Positions 1 to 9,999 of a stretch of DNA of 64,000 bases are shown piece after piece. A program made the translations under genes and the position numbers. Numbering within the stretch: position 1 is the first letter of the stretch; the number at the start of each line of letters is the position of its first letter. The notes under the pieces are model-generated. The model saw only the letters and a program-made list of their open reading frames with translations, was not told the origin of the DNA and made no database searches. The stretch is from Gemmatimonadota bacterium (lineage in GTDB: Bacteria > Gemmatimonadota > Gemmatimonadetes > Palauibacterales > Palauibacteraceae): assembly GCA_963666735.1 (NCBI GenBank), contig OY762926.1, positions 3,296,001 to 3,360,000 on the forward strand, given 5' to 3'.

Positions 1-328
1 CCTCCTTGCGGTCCCCGAGGACCGCGGAGGAACTCAACCGGCGGTCCACGACGAGCCGCTCGAGGGCGGCGACCCAGTGGTGGTAGTACCGGGTCCCGTC
101 GTCCGGTTCGCCGCGCGCCTCGGCCGCCGCGAGTTCGTCGGCGAGCGTCCCCGCCCACTCCTTCCAGGTGAAGTGGCCCTCCTCGGAAAGCCTGACCGCG
201 AGCGCGAAGGCCTGCGCCTGCCACGGCGCCTCGAACACCGGACCGTCGTCGTCGGCGGGCAGCGGCGGGAGCGCCGCGAGACGTTCGGCGCCGACCCGTT
301 CGGCACCGCCCCGTCCGGCGCCGGCCAT
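1..328 (-). CDS. Nitrile hydratase accessory protein (P14K-like), runs off window edge
   Basis: Manual translation MAGAGRGG...DDDGPVFEAPWQAQAFALAVRLSEEGHFTWKEWA...YYHHWVAALERL; ATG overlaps beta-subunit stop (TGATG). Confidence 0.85.
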   Translation of the reverse strand, partial: MAGAGRGGAERVGAERLAALPPLPADDDGPVFEAPWQAQAFALAVRLSEEGHFTWKEWAGTLADELAAAEARGEPDDGTRYYHHWVAALERLVVDRRLSSSAVLGDRKE

Positions 329-981
329 CACGCGGGCTCCAGGTAGTCTTCCCACAGGTCGACGTACACCGCGTCACGCGCGGCGGCCCGCTCGCCCCAC
401 AGTTCCCGCCCCTCGAAGCGCACCGAGTACACGTGCTGCGGACGGTCGAGGGAGCGTCGTCCGTCCTCATCGGTATCCTGCAGCGCGTACACACCGTGGT
501 CCTCGACCACCGTCCCCTGCCGGCCGCGGACATAGCGCGGCTGCCGGGTGTGGCCGCGCGGGTGGAGGTTGCGCGCGCGCACCCGGTCGTTCGTCCCGAA
601 GCGGGCGAGCAGGTCCATGTCCAGGAGTCCGGCCCCCAGCGAACCGGTGTTCGACCCGGGGAGAAGCTCCGGCCGCGGCGCGCCGGGATCCGGGTATCCC
701 GTCTCCAGCTCCGTCTCGGAGATGAGGCCGCTCACGAGCAGGCGGGTCGCCATCATCCGGAACCAGCGCTCGTAGTAGGACATGCTCAGGTACTCGACCG
801 GCGGGATGCTCTCGAGCGTGAAGCGGAAGGGAGGCCATTCGCGACCTCGTCCCCACGGACCGACGGCTCTCGTCAGGGCGTAGACCCGGCCCTCCCAGCG
901 GTGGTGGAAGACGGGTTCGTGCTCCTCGGGCTCGACCGGGCCGAAGCCGTCCATGCCGCCCATGTCGTGGATCGTGTTCAC
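328..981 (-). CDS. nthB: Nitrile hydratase beta subunit
   Basis: [15 protein letters not shown]...WEGRV...YYERW...[14 protein letters not shown]...[11 protein letters not shown] start overlaps alpha stop. Confidence 0.93.
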   Translation of the reverse strand: MNTIHDMGGMDGFGPVEPEEHEPVFHHRWEGRVYALTRAVGPWGRGREWPPFRFTLESIPPVEYLSMSYYERWFRMMATRLLVSGLISETELETGYPDPGAPRPELLPGSNTGSLGAGLLDMDLLARFGTNDRVRARNLHPRGHTRQPRYVRGRQGTVVEDHGVYALQDTDEDGRRSLDRPQHVYSVRFEGRELWGERAAARDAVYVDLWEDYLEPA

Positions 982-1745
982 GCGTCGCCTCCCGGGCTGC
1001 CCACCGTGGGCATCTCGACCCGGGCCACGCCGATCATCGAGTCCCGGCTGACGATGTCCGCCAGTTCCTCCTCGGTGAGATCCTCGGCGCCGGCGGGCCG
1101 CTCCGGGAGCACGAGATAACGGATCTCCGCGGTGCTGTCCCAGACGCGGATCTCGACATCCTCCGGCAGATCGAGGCCGAACTCGCTCAGCACGGCGCGC
1201 GGTTCGATGACCGCCCGCGCCCGGTACGCGGAGGACTTGTACCAGACCGGTGGCAGGCCCAGCGTCGGCCACGGATAGCAGGAACAGAGGGTGCACACGA
1301 CCAGGTTGTGCACCCGGGGCGTGTTCTCGACCACCTTCATGTGTTCGCCCTGTCCGCCCAGGTAGCCGAGTTCGCCGATCGCGGCGGTCCCATCCGTCAG
1401 GAGGCGCTCCCGGTAGGCGGGATCCACCCAGGCGCGCGCGACGACCTCGGCTCCGTTCCGGGGACCGACCCGGTTTTCGTAGGTGTCGACGATCCCGTCC
1501 AGCGCCGCCGAGTCCACCATCCCCTTCTCCACGAGGACGGACTCCAGCGCCCGCACCCGGAGGGCGATGTCCGGCGGCACGTCCTGGTGGTCGTGATCGT
1601 GGTCGTGGCCGTGCTCGTGAGTGTGGTCGTGAGGCTCGATCTGGTCCGCCATCAGCTTCCCCGGAGCGGCGAATGCGGCCGCACCCACTGCCGCGTCCCT
1701 GATGAACCCGCGCCGGTCGACCGGCCGCTCTTCCGATTCGTCCAT
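978..1745 (-). CDS. nthA: Cobalt-type nitrile hydratase alpha subunit with Tat-like and His-rich N-terminal extension
   Basis: [10 protein letters not shown] metal motif (Thr and Tyr typical of Co-type), [10 protein letters not shown]; alternative start at 1652. Confidence 0.95.
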   Translation of the reverse strand: MDESEERPVDRRGFIRDAAVGAAAFAAPGKLMADQIEPHDHTHEHGHDHDHDHQDVPPDIALRVRALESVLVEKGMVDSAALDGIVDTYENRVGPRNGAEVVARAWVDPAYRERLLTDGTAAIGELGYLGGQGEHMKVVENTPRVHNLVVCTLCSCYPWPTLGLPPVWYKSSAYRARAVIEPRAVLSEFGLDLPEDVEIRVWDSTAEIRYLVLPERPAGAEDLTEEELADIVSRDSMIGVARVEMPTVGSPGGDA

Positions 1746-1850
1746 GGGCTCCCCATTGCACGGTGAGGCACGGTTGTCAGCGTTCATGGTGACCACGCGC
1801 CGCTGGACCACGCAACCGGCCCGCTACAGCGAGGCTGGCGGAACAGGCCG

Positions 1851-3089
1851 TCACACCGCTGTCCCCGCCCACAGCGCCCCGATGGGCACGGCGAACAGCC
1901 GGTCCCCGAAAGCGGTGGAGTGGTCGCCATCGTACAGTAGAATGCCCGCCCCGAAGCGGTCGCCGGCGACAGTTTGAAACCGTCTCAAGGCGTGGAAATC
2001 CCCGGCCGTCAATCCCGCCGCCGCCTTGACCTCGATGGCGAAGCATCGACCGGACAGCGTCTCCAGGACGATGTCCACCTCCACCTTGTCCTTGTCTCGG
2101 TAGTGATGGAAAGTCAGCGGTTCGTCCGCCCACAGCGCCTGCTTCCGCAGCTCGTTGTATACGAAGGACTCCAGTAAAGCCCCGAGTTCGCCGGGGCGCT
2201 TCAGCAGCATGTGCTGGTTGATCCCGCGCAGGGCGCATATCATGCCCGTGTCGGCGGCGTGCAGCTTCGGGGCCTTGACGAGCCGTTTGAACTCGCTCGC
2301 GTGCCACGCCGGCAGCCGCTCCACGACGAAGAGCTGCTCCAGGAGAGCAAGGTATCTGCCGGCGGTGAGGCGGTTCAGGCCCAGCCTGCCCCCGAGGTCG
2401 GCGAGATTGACGAGCCGTCCGGAGTAGAGTGCGGTCAGCTTGAGCAGCTTCGTCATCGCGTCCAGGTGCTCGACGCGAGCAAGTTCACGCAGGTCCCGCT
2501 GGACGAGAGTACCGATGTACTGCTCGTGCCACGCACGGGCCCGCCGCTCGCTCGTTCGCGTCAGAGGCTCGGGGAACCCGCCCGCCACGATCCGCCTCAC
2601 CAGGTGGTCCCTTACGCGCACCTCGGTGGCCTCCGGCATTTCAAGCCGCAACATTCTTCCGATGAAGGAGGGTTCCCGCGCGGCGATCTCGCACTCGGAC
2701 AGAGTCGCCAGCCGAACTGCCTCCATTCGTCCGACCAGAGCATCTGCGAGTTTGGGGAGCAGCATGGCGTTGGCGGAGCCGGTAAGCAGGAAGCGGCCGG
2801 GCGTGCGGTCCTCGTCCACCGCCTGCTTGATGGCCAGCAGCGTGTCGGGAACGCGCTGCACTTCGTCGAGCGCGATCCGCTTCGCAGGCAGGTTGCGTAT
2901 GAAGCCCACGGGATCTGCCCGGGCGATCTCCAACTGCGCGCGGTCGTCGAACGTGATGTATTCCCAGGTCTCGTCGATCAGAGTTCGAACCAGCGTCGTC
3001 TTCCCGGCTTGCCGTGCGCCCATGAGGAAGACGACCGGGGTGTCGGAGAGGGCCTCTTTGACGAAGCGGGCGGCAAGACGTCGATACAT
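1851..3089 (-). CDS. AAA_14 ATPase with C-terminal DUF4143 domain
   Basis: Walker A GARQAGKT, IALDEVQR, LLTGSAN, C-terminal EVDIV...IEVK; start could be 3107. Confidence 0.88.
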   Translation of the reverse strand: MYRRLAARFVKEALSDTPVVFLMGARQAGKTTLVRTLIDETWEYITFDDRAQLEIARADPVGFIRNLPAKRIALDEVQRVPDTLLAIKQAVDEDRTPGRFLLTGSANAMLLPKLADALVGRMEAVRLATLSECEIAAREPSFIGRMLRLEMPEATEVRVRDHLVRRIVAGGFPEPLTRTSERRARAWHEQYIGTLVQRDLRELARVEHLDAMTKLLKLTALYSGRLVNLADLGGRLGLNRLTAGRYLALLEQLFVVERLPAWHASEFKRLVKAPKLHAADTGMICALRGINQHMLLKRPGELGALLESFVYNELRKQALWADEPLTFHHYRDKDKVEVDIVLETLSGRCFAIEVKAAAGLTAGDFHALRRFQTVAGDRFGAGILLYDGDHSTAFGDRLFAVPIGALWAGTAV

Positions 3090-3194
3090 GGGGCTGGACC
3101 GTTGCATGTTGCCGGATCTCGGACGCGTGGCCGGGGGTGGTTCGGAAACCGGACTCGGAACCCATCGTAACGGCCCGGGGCTACCTTGGAAACC

Positions 3195-3260
3195 GCGTCT
3201 GATCGTTATTCGAGTGGCGTCTGATCGTTATTGAGGCCTCGGCCAATCGTTATACGAGTG
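3195..3260. repeat. Three imperfect direct repeats, ATCGTTAT core with 22-bp period
   Basis: Cores at 3202, 3224 and 3246; first two share GCGTCTGATCGTTATT. Confidence 0.8.
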
Positions 3261-3303
3261 GTAGGGATTGCGCCATCCGGGTCCTCGTACGCACCCTTCG
3301 CGC

Positions 3304-3813
3304 ATGACTGTCTCCTACGAGAACTCGAAGGCCATCTTCGACGGGATCAAGGCCGCCGGCATCCGCAGCATCTCGGCGCTCCCGGAAACCTGGCTCGGTC
3401 TCCTCCTGCAACGGGCCGAGGACGATCCCGAGGTCGATCTCATCCAGGTCGCCAAGGAGGAGGAGGCAGTGGGCATCGCGGCCGGCGCATACTTCGCGGG
3501 CGAACCCCACGTCCTCCTCATGCAGAACCACGGCTTCTTCGCGGCGATGAACGGAATCATCTCTCTCGCCCAACTCTATTCCGTGCCGCTCTGCATGCTC
3601 ATCGCGGTTCGGGGTCACTGGGGCGAGCCGTATCCGTGGCACACTCGTGGCGGAATCGTGACGGAGGGTTTGCTTCAGGCGCTCAACATCCCCTACCACC
3701 ACGCGAGAGACCCGGCGCTCGTCGCGAAGGAAATCGCCGAGGCGTACACGCTTTCGCAGAGTTCGCTCTCGCCGGTCGCACTGCTGCTCACGCGCGACCT
3801 CATGGAAGTGTGA
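3304..3813 (+). CDS. Sulfopyruvate decarboxylase alpha subunit-like protein (ComD family, TPP pyrimidine-binding domain)
   Basis: KEEEAVGIAAGAY...LMQNHG...RGHWGE. Confidence 0.8.
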   Translation: MTVSYENSKAIFDGIKAAGIRSISALPETWLGLLLQRAEDDPEVDLIQVAKEEEAVGIAAGAYFAGEPHVLLMQNHGFFAAMNGIISLAQLYSVPLCMLIAVRGHWGEPYPWHTRGGIVTEGLLQALNIPYHHARDPALVAKEIAEAYTLSQSSLSPVALLLTRDLMEV

Positions 3814-3850
3814 TGCGCGACGACGACCCGAGGCGGGGGAAGGGGGTCTG

Positions 3851-4471
3851 ATGCGGCGGGCGGACTGCCTGCAACTCATCTATCCCGAGATCGAGGACAA
3901 GCTCGTCGTCACGATCATGGGGGCCTGCGCCCAGGAGCTGCACGACCTCGGGCACCGCGAGAACTTCTTCTACCTGCAGCACGCGATGGGACTCGCCTCG
4001 TCGATCGGTCTCGGCCTCGCGAACCATCTGCCGCACGAGAAGGTGATCGTGCTGGACGGAGACGGGTCGGCGCTGATGAACCTCGGCACCTTCGCCACGC
4101 TCGCGCGCTACCGGCCCCGGAACCTCCTCCACATCATCTTCGACAACGGGAGCCTGCTCTCGACGGGAGGTTTCGAGTCGCACACCACGTCGGGCGTCAC
4201 GGATCTTGCCGCGATCGCGCGCGGGGCGGGGATCGAGCACGCGGTGGCCGTGGATTCGTCGATGGGGTTCGGGGAGGCTTTCGTCGAAGCGCTGGAGCGC
4301 GACAACCTCGGCGTGATCGTGGCCCGGGTCGACGCCGTGGGTCCCGACCACTACGGGATGGACTTCGCCCTGCCCGAAAACGCCTTCCGCTTCAAGCGCT
4401 GCGTGCGGGAGCGCCGCGCCGCGATGGGCTGGACGCCGCCGCGGCAGCCGGGACACGCCAGCAGCGCCTAG
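3851..4471 (+). CDS. Sulfopyruvate decarboxylase beta subunit-like protein (ComE family, TPP-binding)
   Basis: MGLASSIGLG, DGDGSALMNLG...DNG TPP motif. Confidence 0.82.
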   Translation: MRRADCLQLIYPEIEDKLVVTIMGACAQELHDLGHRENFFYLQHAMGLASSIGLGLANHLPHEKVIVLDGDGSALMNLGTFATLARYRPRNLLHIIFDNGSLLSTGGFESHTTSGVTDLAAIARGAGIEHAVAVDSSMGFGEAFVEALERDNLGVIVARVDAVGPDHYGMDFALPENAFRFKRCVRERRAAMGWTPPRQPGHASSA

Positions 4472-5916
4472 CGCGCTTCTGCGGCCACCCGCGCCACCAC
4501 CTCCCGCACCCGGTCGCGGAAGGTGTACGCCTGTTTCATGACCTCCGCTTCGTCGACCGTGAGTACTCGGCCGTCCCGGACGACGACGCGCCCGTTCACG
4601 AGGACCGTGGAGACATCGCTCCCCCCCGCCGCGTACACGAGGTGAGAATAGACGTTGTAGAGCGGCGTGAGCCCGGCGCGCCGCGTGTCGAGGAGCACGA
4701 TGTCGGCGCGCTTGCCGGGCTCGAGCGAACCGATGCGGTCGTGGAGGTTGAGCACGCGGGCGCCGCCCATCGTGGCCATGCGGAAGACCGTTTCGGCGGG
4801 CATTGCGGTCGGGTCGGCGTTCGTGAACTTGTGGAGCTTGGCGGCCGTGTCCATCTCGTCGAAGAGATCGAGATCGTTGTTGCTCGCCGCGCCGTCGGTG
4901 CCGAGTCCCACCGGGATGCCCGCCGCGAGCAGTTTCGCGACCGGGGCTGCCAGCGGAATCCCCAGCTTGAGGTTGCTCTGCGGGTTGTGCGAGACCCCGG
5001 CGCCCCCGGCCGCGATGCGTTCAATGTCCTCGTCCGAGAGGTAGATGGAGTGTGCGAGCACCGTCCCCGGCCGCAGCGCGCCGATGGACTCTAGCGCTTC
5101 CACCACGCCCATCCCGGTGAGTTCCGTCGCCGTTGCGAGTTCGCTGGCGTCTTCGGCCGTGTGGATCTGAAACGGAGCGTCGTACTCGAAAGCCAGTTCC
5201 AGCGCGGCGCGCACGTCTTCGAGGGGCGTCGTGTAGAGCGAGTGTGCGGCCGCTCCGGGGACCAGCGTGGGGTGGTCTCGATACCTCTCCATGAACTCGG
5301 CGGCGTCCGCCAGCGTTTCGGCCGGTGAGGCGAAGTCGGGGGCCGGGAAGCCGATGACGTGCGGGCCCATGACGGCGCGGATGCCTGCATCGATGACCGC
5401 CCGCGCCGCATCGTCCCGGAAGTAGTACATGTCCGCGAACGTCGTCGTCCCGCTCTTCAGCATCTCGGAGGACGAGAGGAGCGTGCCCCAATAGACGAAT
5501 TCGGGATCGACCAGTTCGGCCTCGGCGGGGAAGATGTGCTCGTTCAGCCACGTCATCAGGGGCAGGTCGTCGGCGAGTCCCCGGAGGAGCGACATGGCGG
5601 CGTGGCCGTGCGTGTTGACGAGACCGGGGATCACGAGGTGCCCCGTCGCGTCGAGAATTGGCACGCCGGCCGGCCGGGGGGTGGCCGCCTCCAGGACCGC
5701 GGAGATCCGGTCCCCCACCACAAGAACCGCGCCGCCCTCGAGCACGGTGCCCGCCTCGTCCATGACGACGACCGTACCGCCATCGATCAGGAGCCGGCCC
5801 TCCTCGGCGGTTGCGTCGCCCGCGTCGGAACCGGCGGAGCACGCTGACAGGAGCAGGCCGGCGAGGAGGCGCCCTGCGCCGGTTCGCGCCGCGGTCTTCG
5901 GCAAAGCGTCCCGCAA
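4468..5916 (-). CDS. Amidohydrolase, MtaD/chlorohydrolase family, with lipoprotein signal
   Basis: PGLVNTHGH, IHTAE, GTDGAASNN; lipobox LLLSAC. Confidence 0.88.
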   Translation of the reverse strand: MRDALPKTAARTGAGRLLAGLLLSACSAGSDAGDATAEEGRLLIDGGTVVVMDEAGTVLEGGAVLVVGDRISAVLEAATPRPAGVPILDATGHLVIPGLVNTHGHAAMSLLRGLADDLPLMTWLNEHIFPAEAELVDPEFVYWGTLLSSSEMLKSGTTTFADMYYFRDDAARAVIDAGIRAVMGPHVIGFPAPDFASPAETLADAAEFMERYRDHPTLVPGAAAHSLYTTPLEDVRAALELAFEYDAPFQIHTAEDASELATATELTGMGVVEALESIGALRPGTVLAHSIYLSDEDIERIAAGGAGVSHNPQSNLKLGIPLAAPVAKLLAAGIPVGLGTDGAASNNDLDLFDEMDTAAKLHKFTNADPTAMPAETVFRMATMGGARVLNLHDRIGSLEPGKRADIVLLDTRRAGLTPLYNVYSHLVYAAGGSDVSTVLVNGRVVVRDGRVLTVDEAEVMKQAYTFRDRVREVVARVAAEAR

Positions 5917-5919
5917 AGG

Positions 5920-6585
5920 CTAACCGTCCCGGGGCTGCGGGACGATCCGAATGTAGGGTAGGGGCTGCTCCCATCCGTCCGGGAACCGCTTGCGCGCTTC
6001 GTCGTCGGAGACCGCCGGCGCGATGATCACGTCGTCGCCCTGCTCCCAGTTCGCCGGCGTGGCGAGCTGCTTCTCGGCCGTGAGCTGGCACGAGTCCAGG
6101 AGCCGGAGGATCTCGGTGAAGTTGCGGCCCGTGCTCATCGGATAGGTGAGCGTGGCCTTGATCTTCTTGTCCGGGCCGATGACGAACACCGAGCGCGCCG
6201 TGGCGTTGTCCATCGGCGTGCGGCCCTCGGAGGTGTCGCCCGAGTCGGCCGGCAGCATGTCGTACGTCTTCACGATCTCGAGCTTCGGGTCGCCGATGAG
6301 GGGATAGCCCACGGCGTGTCCCTGCGAGGCCTCGATGTCCTTCGACCAGGCCTTGTGATCGCTCACGCCGTCGACGCTGACCCCGATGATCTTGCAGTTG
6401 CGCGCCGCGAATGCCTCCTCAAGGGCGGCCACCGCCCCGAGTTCCGTCGTACACACGGGCGTGAAGTCCTTCGGATGGGAGAAGAGCAGGGCCCACCCGT
6501 CCCCGATCCAGTCGTGGAAGCGGATCGTCCCCTGGGTCGTATCCGCCGTGAAATCCGGCGCCGCGTCGTTGATGCGCAGCGTCAT
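5920..6585 (-). CDS. 1-Cys peroxiredoxin (Prx6 family)
   Basis: MTLRINDAAPDF...FSHPKDFTPVCTTE...YPMSTGRNF. Confidence 0.93.
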   Translation of the reverse strand: MTLRINDAAPDFTADTTQGTIRFHDWIGDGWALLFSHPKDFTPVCTTELGAVAALEEAFAARNCKIIGVSVDGVSDHKAWSKDIEASQGHAVGYPLIGDPKLEIVKTYDMLPADSGDTSEGRTPMDNATARSVFVIGPDKKIKATLTYPMSTGRNFTEILRLLDSCQLTAEKQLATPANWEQGDDVIIAPAVSDDEARKRFPDGWEQPLPYIRIVPQPRDG

Positions 6586-6646
6586 TCGTTCCCCCGGAGT
6601 TGAGCCGTCACCGTCGCAGTCGGGGGGCAATGATCGGCACTTGAGG

Positions 6647-7426
6647 CTACGGGGACAACGCCGGGAGCAGCGTGTGGCGAACCCAGGCATACGACGGCTC
6701 GATTTCCAAGGCCCGTTCGTATGCGGCGCGAGCATCTTCCAGCCTGTCCAACTCGGCGTACGCCTGCCCCAGCCAGGCGTAGACCTCGGCGCGACCCCAC
6801 GCGGGAAGCGGAGGCTCCGGCGCGTCCTCCTCGAACAGCGCGGTCGCGGCGAGAAAGCTCTCGAGCGCGATATCCGCGCCACCCCCGAACATGGACGGCG
6901 TGTGCAGGGCCTGGATCCCCTCCAGCATTCTGACTCGAGGGTTGCGGGGGTCCATCGACACGGCCCGGCGCAACTCCGCCGACGCGCGCATCGAGAGATT
7001 CATGGCGGTTTCGCCGCTGACGATCTGTGGGCCGAGCACCGCGCTCATGAGCGCATGCGATTCGGGGATCGGTGCGATATCGATCGAGTGAAGGAGGACC
7101 GATTCGGCCTCGGCAAATGTGGCGAGCGCCCCATCCGGATCCGTATCGAGACGGCGCGTGGCCAGGCGGTAGAGCGCGTAGCCGAGATAGTGCTGGACGA
7201 GTCCGTTTTCGGGAAAAGCGGTTGCCGCCCGCCGGGCCAGCGTGACCATCTCGGCAAGGCCCTCATCATCGTCGGCGATCACCGCCTCCGCGATGCCCGT
7301 TCGAAGGCGCGCCGCCACTTCGCCGGGGTCCGGAGCCTGGGAAGCGGAGCCGGGGGCCGGCGCGAGCAGCAGGGCCACGCACGCCAATACGCGGGGCCGG
7401 GTCATCGCGTTCGTCCGCCAACCCAT
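6647..7426 (-). CDS. Secreted TPR-repeat protein
   Basis: Signal-like N-terminus; TPR helices WLGQAY...ARAAYERALEIEP. Confidence 0.75.
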   Translation of the reverse strand: MGWRTNAMTRPRVLACVALLLAPAPGSASQAPDPGEVAARLRTGIAEAVIADDDEGLAEMVTLARRAATAFPENGLVQHYLGYALYRLATRRLDTDPDGALATFAEAESVLLHSIDIAPIPESHALMSAVLGPQIVSGETAMNLSMRASAELRRAVSMDPRNPRVRMLEGIQALHTPSMFGGGADIALESFLAATALFEEDAPEPPLPAWGRAEVYAWLGQAYAELDRLEDARAAYERALEIEPSYAWVRHTLLPALSP

Positions 7427-7460
7427 GCGATTCTCTCTCCCTTCCCGCTCCAAGAAGACC

Positions 7461-9665
7461 TCAGAGGGGCAGTGTGGCCGTCACGCCGAAGTAGATCGTT
7501 CGATTGAACGGGCTTCGCAGCGGCGTGCGGCCGGTGTAGTCGCGGTTGTGCCGATACTCGGAGACGTTCCGGCGGCCGAAGACGTTCATCGCGGAGACGT
7601 AGAAGACCGTCAGATTGTCACGCCAGAGGCTCTGGAGAAGGCTCGCGGAAAGGTCGAACCGCGCATAGTTGGGAAGCCGCTCCGACATCGGCGCGCCGTA
7701 CGCCGGCTCCCACACCCCGCGGCCCGGGTCGAAAGCCGCCCTCTCGATGGGTGTGAGGGGAATCCCCGTCGCGGCTCGCCAGGCGGCGCCGACCTCGAGC
7801 CATTCGGTGAGCCCCCGCGTGAGGACGATATTCAACGTATGCGTCGCATCGAAGGGCGACGGGGCCAGTTCGCCGCTGTCCGGGTCCGTGCGCTCGGAGT
7901 CGATGAAGCTGTACGCGACCCGTCCCGTGAGCCCGAGAAACGGCACATCTCCCTTGAGAAAGACATCGAATCCCGCCGCCTCCCCGGTTCCGCCTCCGCG
8001 GGCGACGTGGTCCCGGGTCTGTGACGCCAACGACCCGTAGCGTTTTCGATATGCCTCTACACGAACGAGGCGCTCGCCATCATCGTACGCGATGCCCCCG
8101 ATCAGGTGACGCGCCGACATGGCGGGCAGGCTGGGGTCGCCCAGCGTGGGCTCGAAAAAGAGAGGATCCGGAACCTGATGAAACACACCCCATGCCCCGG
8201 TCAGCGTGAGATTGGCGGCCGGGCGCCAGGACACCGACACCCGCGGGTCTGCCGTCACGCGGTCCGTAAACGAGGAACGGTCCGCGCGCACGCCCAGCAC
8301 GAACCGAAGTGCGTTCCACGGCTGCATCTCGATATCCCCGAAGCCGCCCCATCGCCATCCTGTCTGGAGGCTGCCGAAGATGGTTGTTGGCGCGCCGGGC
8401 GCGTTGTCGTGCGAACCCGCCGGCACCGAACCGGCAATGTCCGCGCTTCGGTCCTCGACTTCGACCCCGCCGGCCAGCGCGATTCCGCGACCCACGCGGA
8501 CATCGATCTTCGCGCGTGACTGCGTGAGCCTGTCCTCACGTTCGAGGCGGAATGCTCCGAAATCCTCATCCTTCCGCGACCCGCTGGTTGCCACGCTCCA
8601 CGCCACGCCGAGCGCCCCGAACGCGTCGAAGCCGGAGACGGCAAGAAGATCCGCTCGCGCGTCCGACCGGTACGTGCCCGAGTGTCCCGGGTCGTCGATC
8701 AGGACGCCGACGCGATCGGTCTGATACAGCCCGAAGGCCTTTACGTTGCCGCCGCCGCGGTAGGACCATTCCGCGGCCCCGCTCAGGTCGGTTGATTCGG
8801 GGACCCGATCGAACTCCGATCTGCGCCCATTGAGACGCATGAGAAAGTCGGTGTCCGAGCGTGACGCCGTCACCCAGCCACCCATCGACTCCGACGCGTC
8901 GAGGGCCATCCGTCCCGATACCCCGGCCACGGAAGCGCCCAGGTTGAGTTCGCTGCGAGTCGGCTTCCCTGCGCTGCGGAGGTCGGCCACGGCAGAGAGA
9001 GCGTCACCGTATTCCACGCCGAAGCCCCCGGCCGAGAAATGCGTACCCTGCAGTTGAAAGGGGTCGAAGCGTCCGAACGAGATCGTCCGGTCGGTATCGA
9101 GCCGGAATGGTGAGATGACCGTCGCTCCGTCGAGCATCACCCTGGTCTCGGATATGTCGCCCCCGCGCACGAAGAGCCCGGCCCCCTCTCCAATGTTCTG
9201 GAGTCCCGGGAACGTCTGGATCGCCCGGAAGGGATCCGCCGCCGCACCCGGCGTGCGTACGACATCGAGATCGCCGAGAATGACGCCGGGGAGGCTGCCC
9301 AACCGGTATGTGCCGGCTTCGACCCGGATCGGCTCCAGCGCAACCGGCGCCAGCTCCATGACGATCGGAACGGGAAGCGCGAGTGGGAGTTGTATGGCCT
9401 GTCTGGTCTCCAGATACCCGAAACGCTGCACGACCAGCGTCACCGGACCCCTGGCGACGGATTCGAAGCTGAAAATGCCCGCGGAATCCGTAAGCGCCCC
9501 CTCCAGCGTCTCGAGCAGGAACACATTCGCCCCGCCAACCGCCTTCCCCGCCGGTTCGCGTACACTTCCCGGCACACGGGACGCCTCCTGCCCGGCGAGG
9601 CTGGCCGGTACGAGGGCGAAGACCCAGATCCAGACCGTGGGGATGGCCGCCCCCGTTGCTTTCAC
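7461..9665 (-). CDS. TonB-dependent receptor with carboxypeptidase-regulatory-like N-terminal domain
   Basis: Plug motifs PGAAADPFRAIQTFPG and LFVRGG; barrel-type C-terminus RLPNYARFDLS...IYFGV. Confidence 0.85.
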   Translation of the reverse strand: MKATGAAIPTVWIWVFALVPASLAGQEASRVPGSVREPAGKAVGGANVFLLETLEGALTDSAGIFSFESVARGPVTLVVQRFGYLETRQAIQLPLALPVPIVMELAPVALEPIRVEAGTYRLGSLPGVILGDLDVVRTPGAAADPFRAIQTFPGLQNIGEGAGLFVRGGDISETRVMLDGATVISPFRLDTDRTISFGRFDPFQLQGTHFSAGGFGVEYGDALSAVADLRSAGKPTRSELNLGASVAGVSGRMALDASESMGGWVTASRSDTDFLMRLNGRRSEFDRVPESTDLSGAAEWSYRGGGNVKAFGLYQTDRVGVLIDDPGHSGTYRSDARADLLAVSGFDAFGALGVAWSVATSGSRKDEDFGAFRLEREDRLTQSRAKIDVRVGRGIALAGGVEVEDRSADIAGSVPAGSHDNAPGAPTTIFGSLQTGWRWGGFGDIEMQPWNALRFVLGVRADRSSFTDRVTADPRVSVSWRPAANLTLTGAWGVFHQVPDPLFFEPTLGDPSLPAMSARHLIGGIAYDDGERLVRVEAYRKRYGSLASQTRDHVARGGGTGEAAGFDVFLKGDVPFLGLTGRVAYSFIDSERTDPDSGELAPSPFDATHTLNIVLTRGLTEWLEVGAAWRAATGIPLTPIERAAFDPGRGVWEPAYGAPMSERLPNYARFDLSASLLQSLWRDNLTVFYVSAMNVFGRRNVSEYRHNRDYTGRTPLRSPFNRTIYFGVTATLPL

Positions 9666-9669
9666 GGTT

Positions 9670-9999
9670 TCAGCCCGCCTCGCGATGGTCCGCGTCCACC
9701 GGCAGCGAATGCAGTAACCATTCCAGACGGCTGACGTAGTCCCGGAAGGCTCCGCGCCCCAGCCCGGTTGTTTGGTATCTCGTGATGGGTCTCCGGCCGA
9801 CAAAGCTCTTGCTTACGCGCACGTACCCCGCGTCCTCGAGCTTGCGAAGATGCGCCCCAAGGTTGCCATCGGTGGTCTTGACCTGGTCCCGGAGGTACGT
9901 GAACTCCGCGTCCTCGACACTGGCAAGGATGGCGAGGATCGAAAGCCGGATCCTCGAGTGAATCAACGGATCGAGATCGCGATAGTCATACGGCGTCAT
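9670..9999 (-). CDS. Winged-helix transcriptional regulator (HTH_34/MarR-like)
   Basis: LDPLIHSRIRLSIL...TDGNLGAHLRKLEDAGYV. Confidence 0.88.
   Translation of the reverse strand: MTPYDYRDLDPLIHSRIRLSILAILASVEDAEFTYLRDQVKTTDGNLGAHLRKLEDAGYVRVSKSFVGRRPITRYQTTGLGRGAFRDYVSRLEWLLHSLPVDADHREAG

Noticed and set aside
982..1761. Apparent N-terminal extension making a 477-aa beta subunit or alpha-beta fusion
   Set aside because: It is an alternative frame of the alpha gene; beta starts at GTG 981.
3195..3260. Possible mini-CRISPR array
   Set aside because: The 22-bp period leaves no room for spacers, and no cas genes are present.
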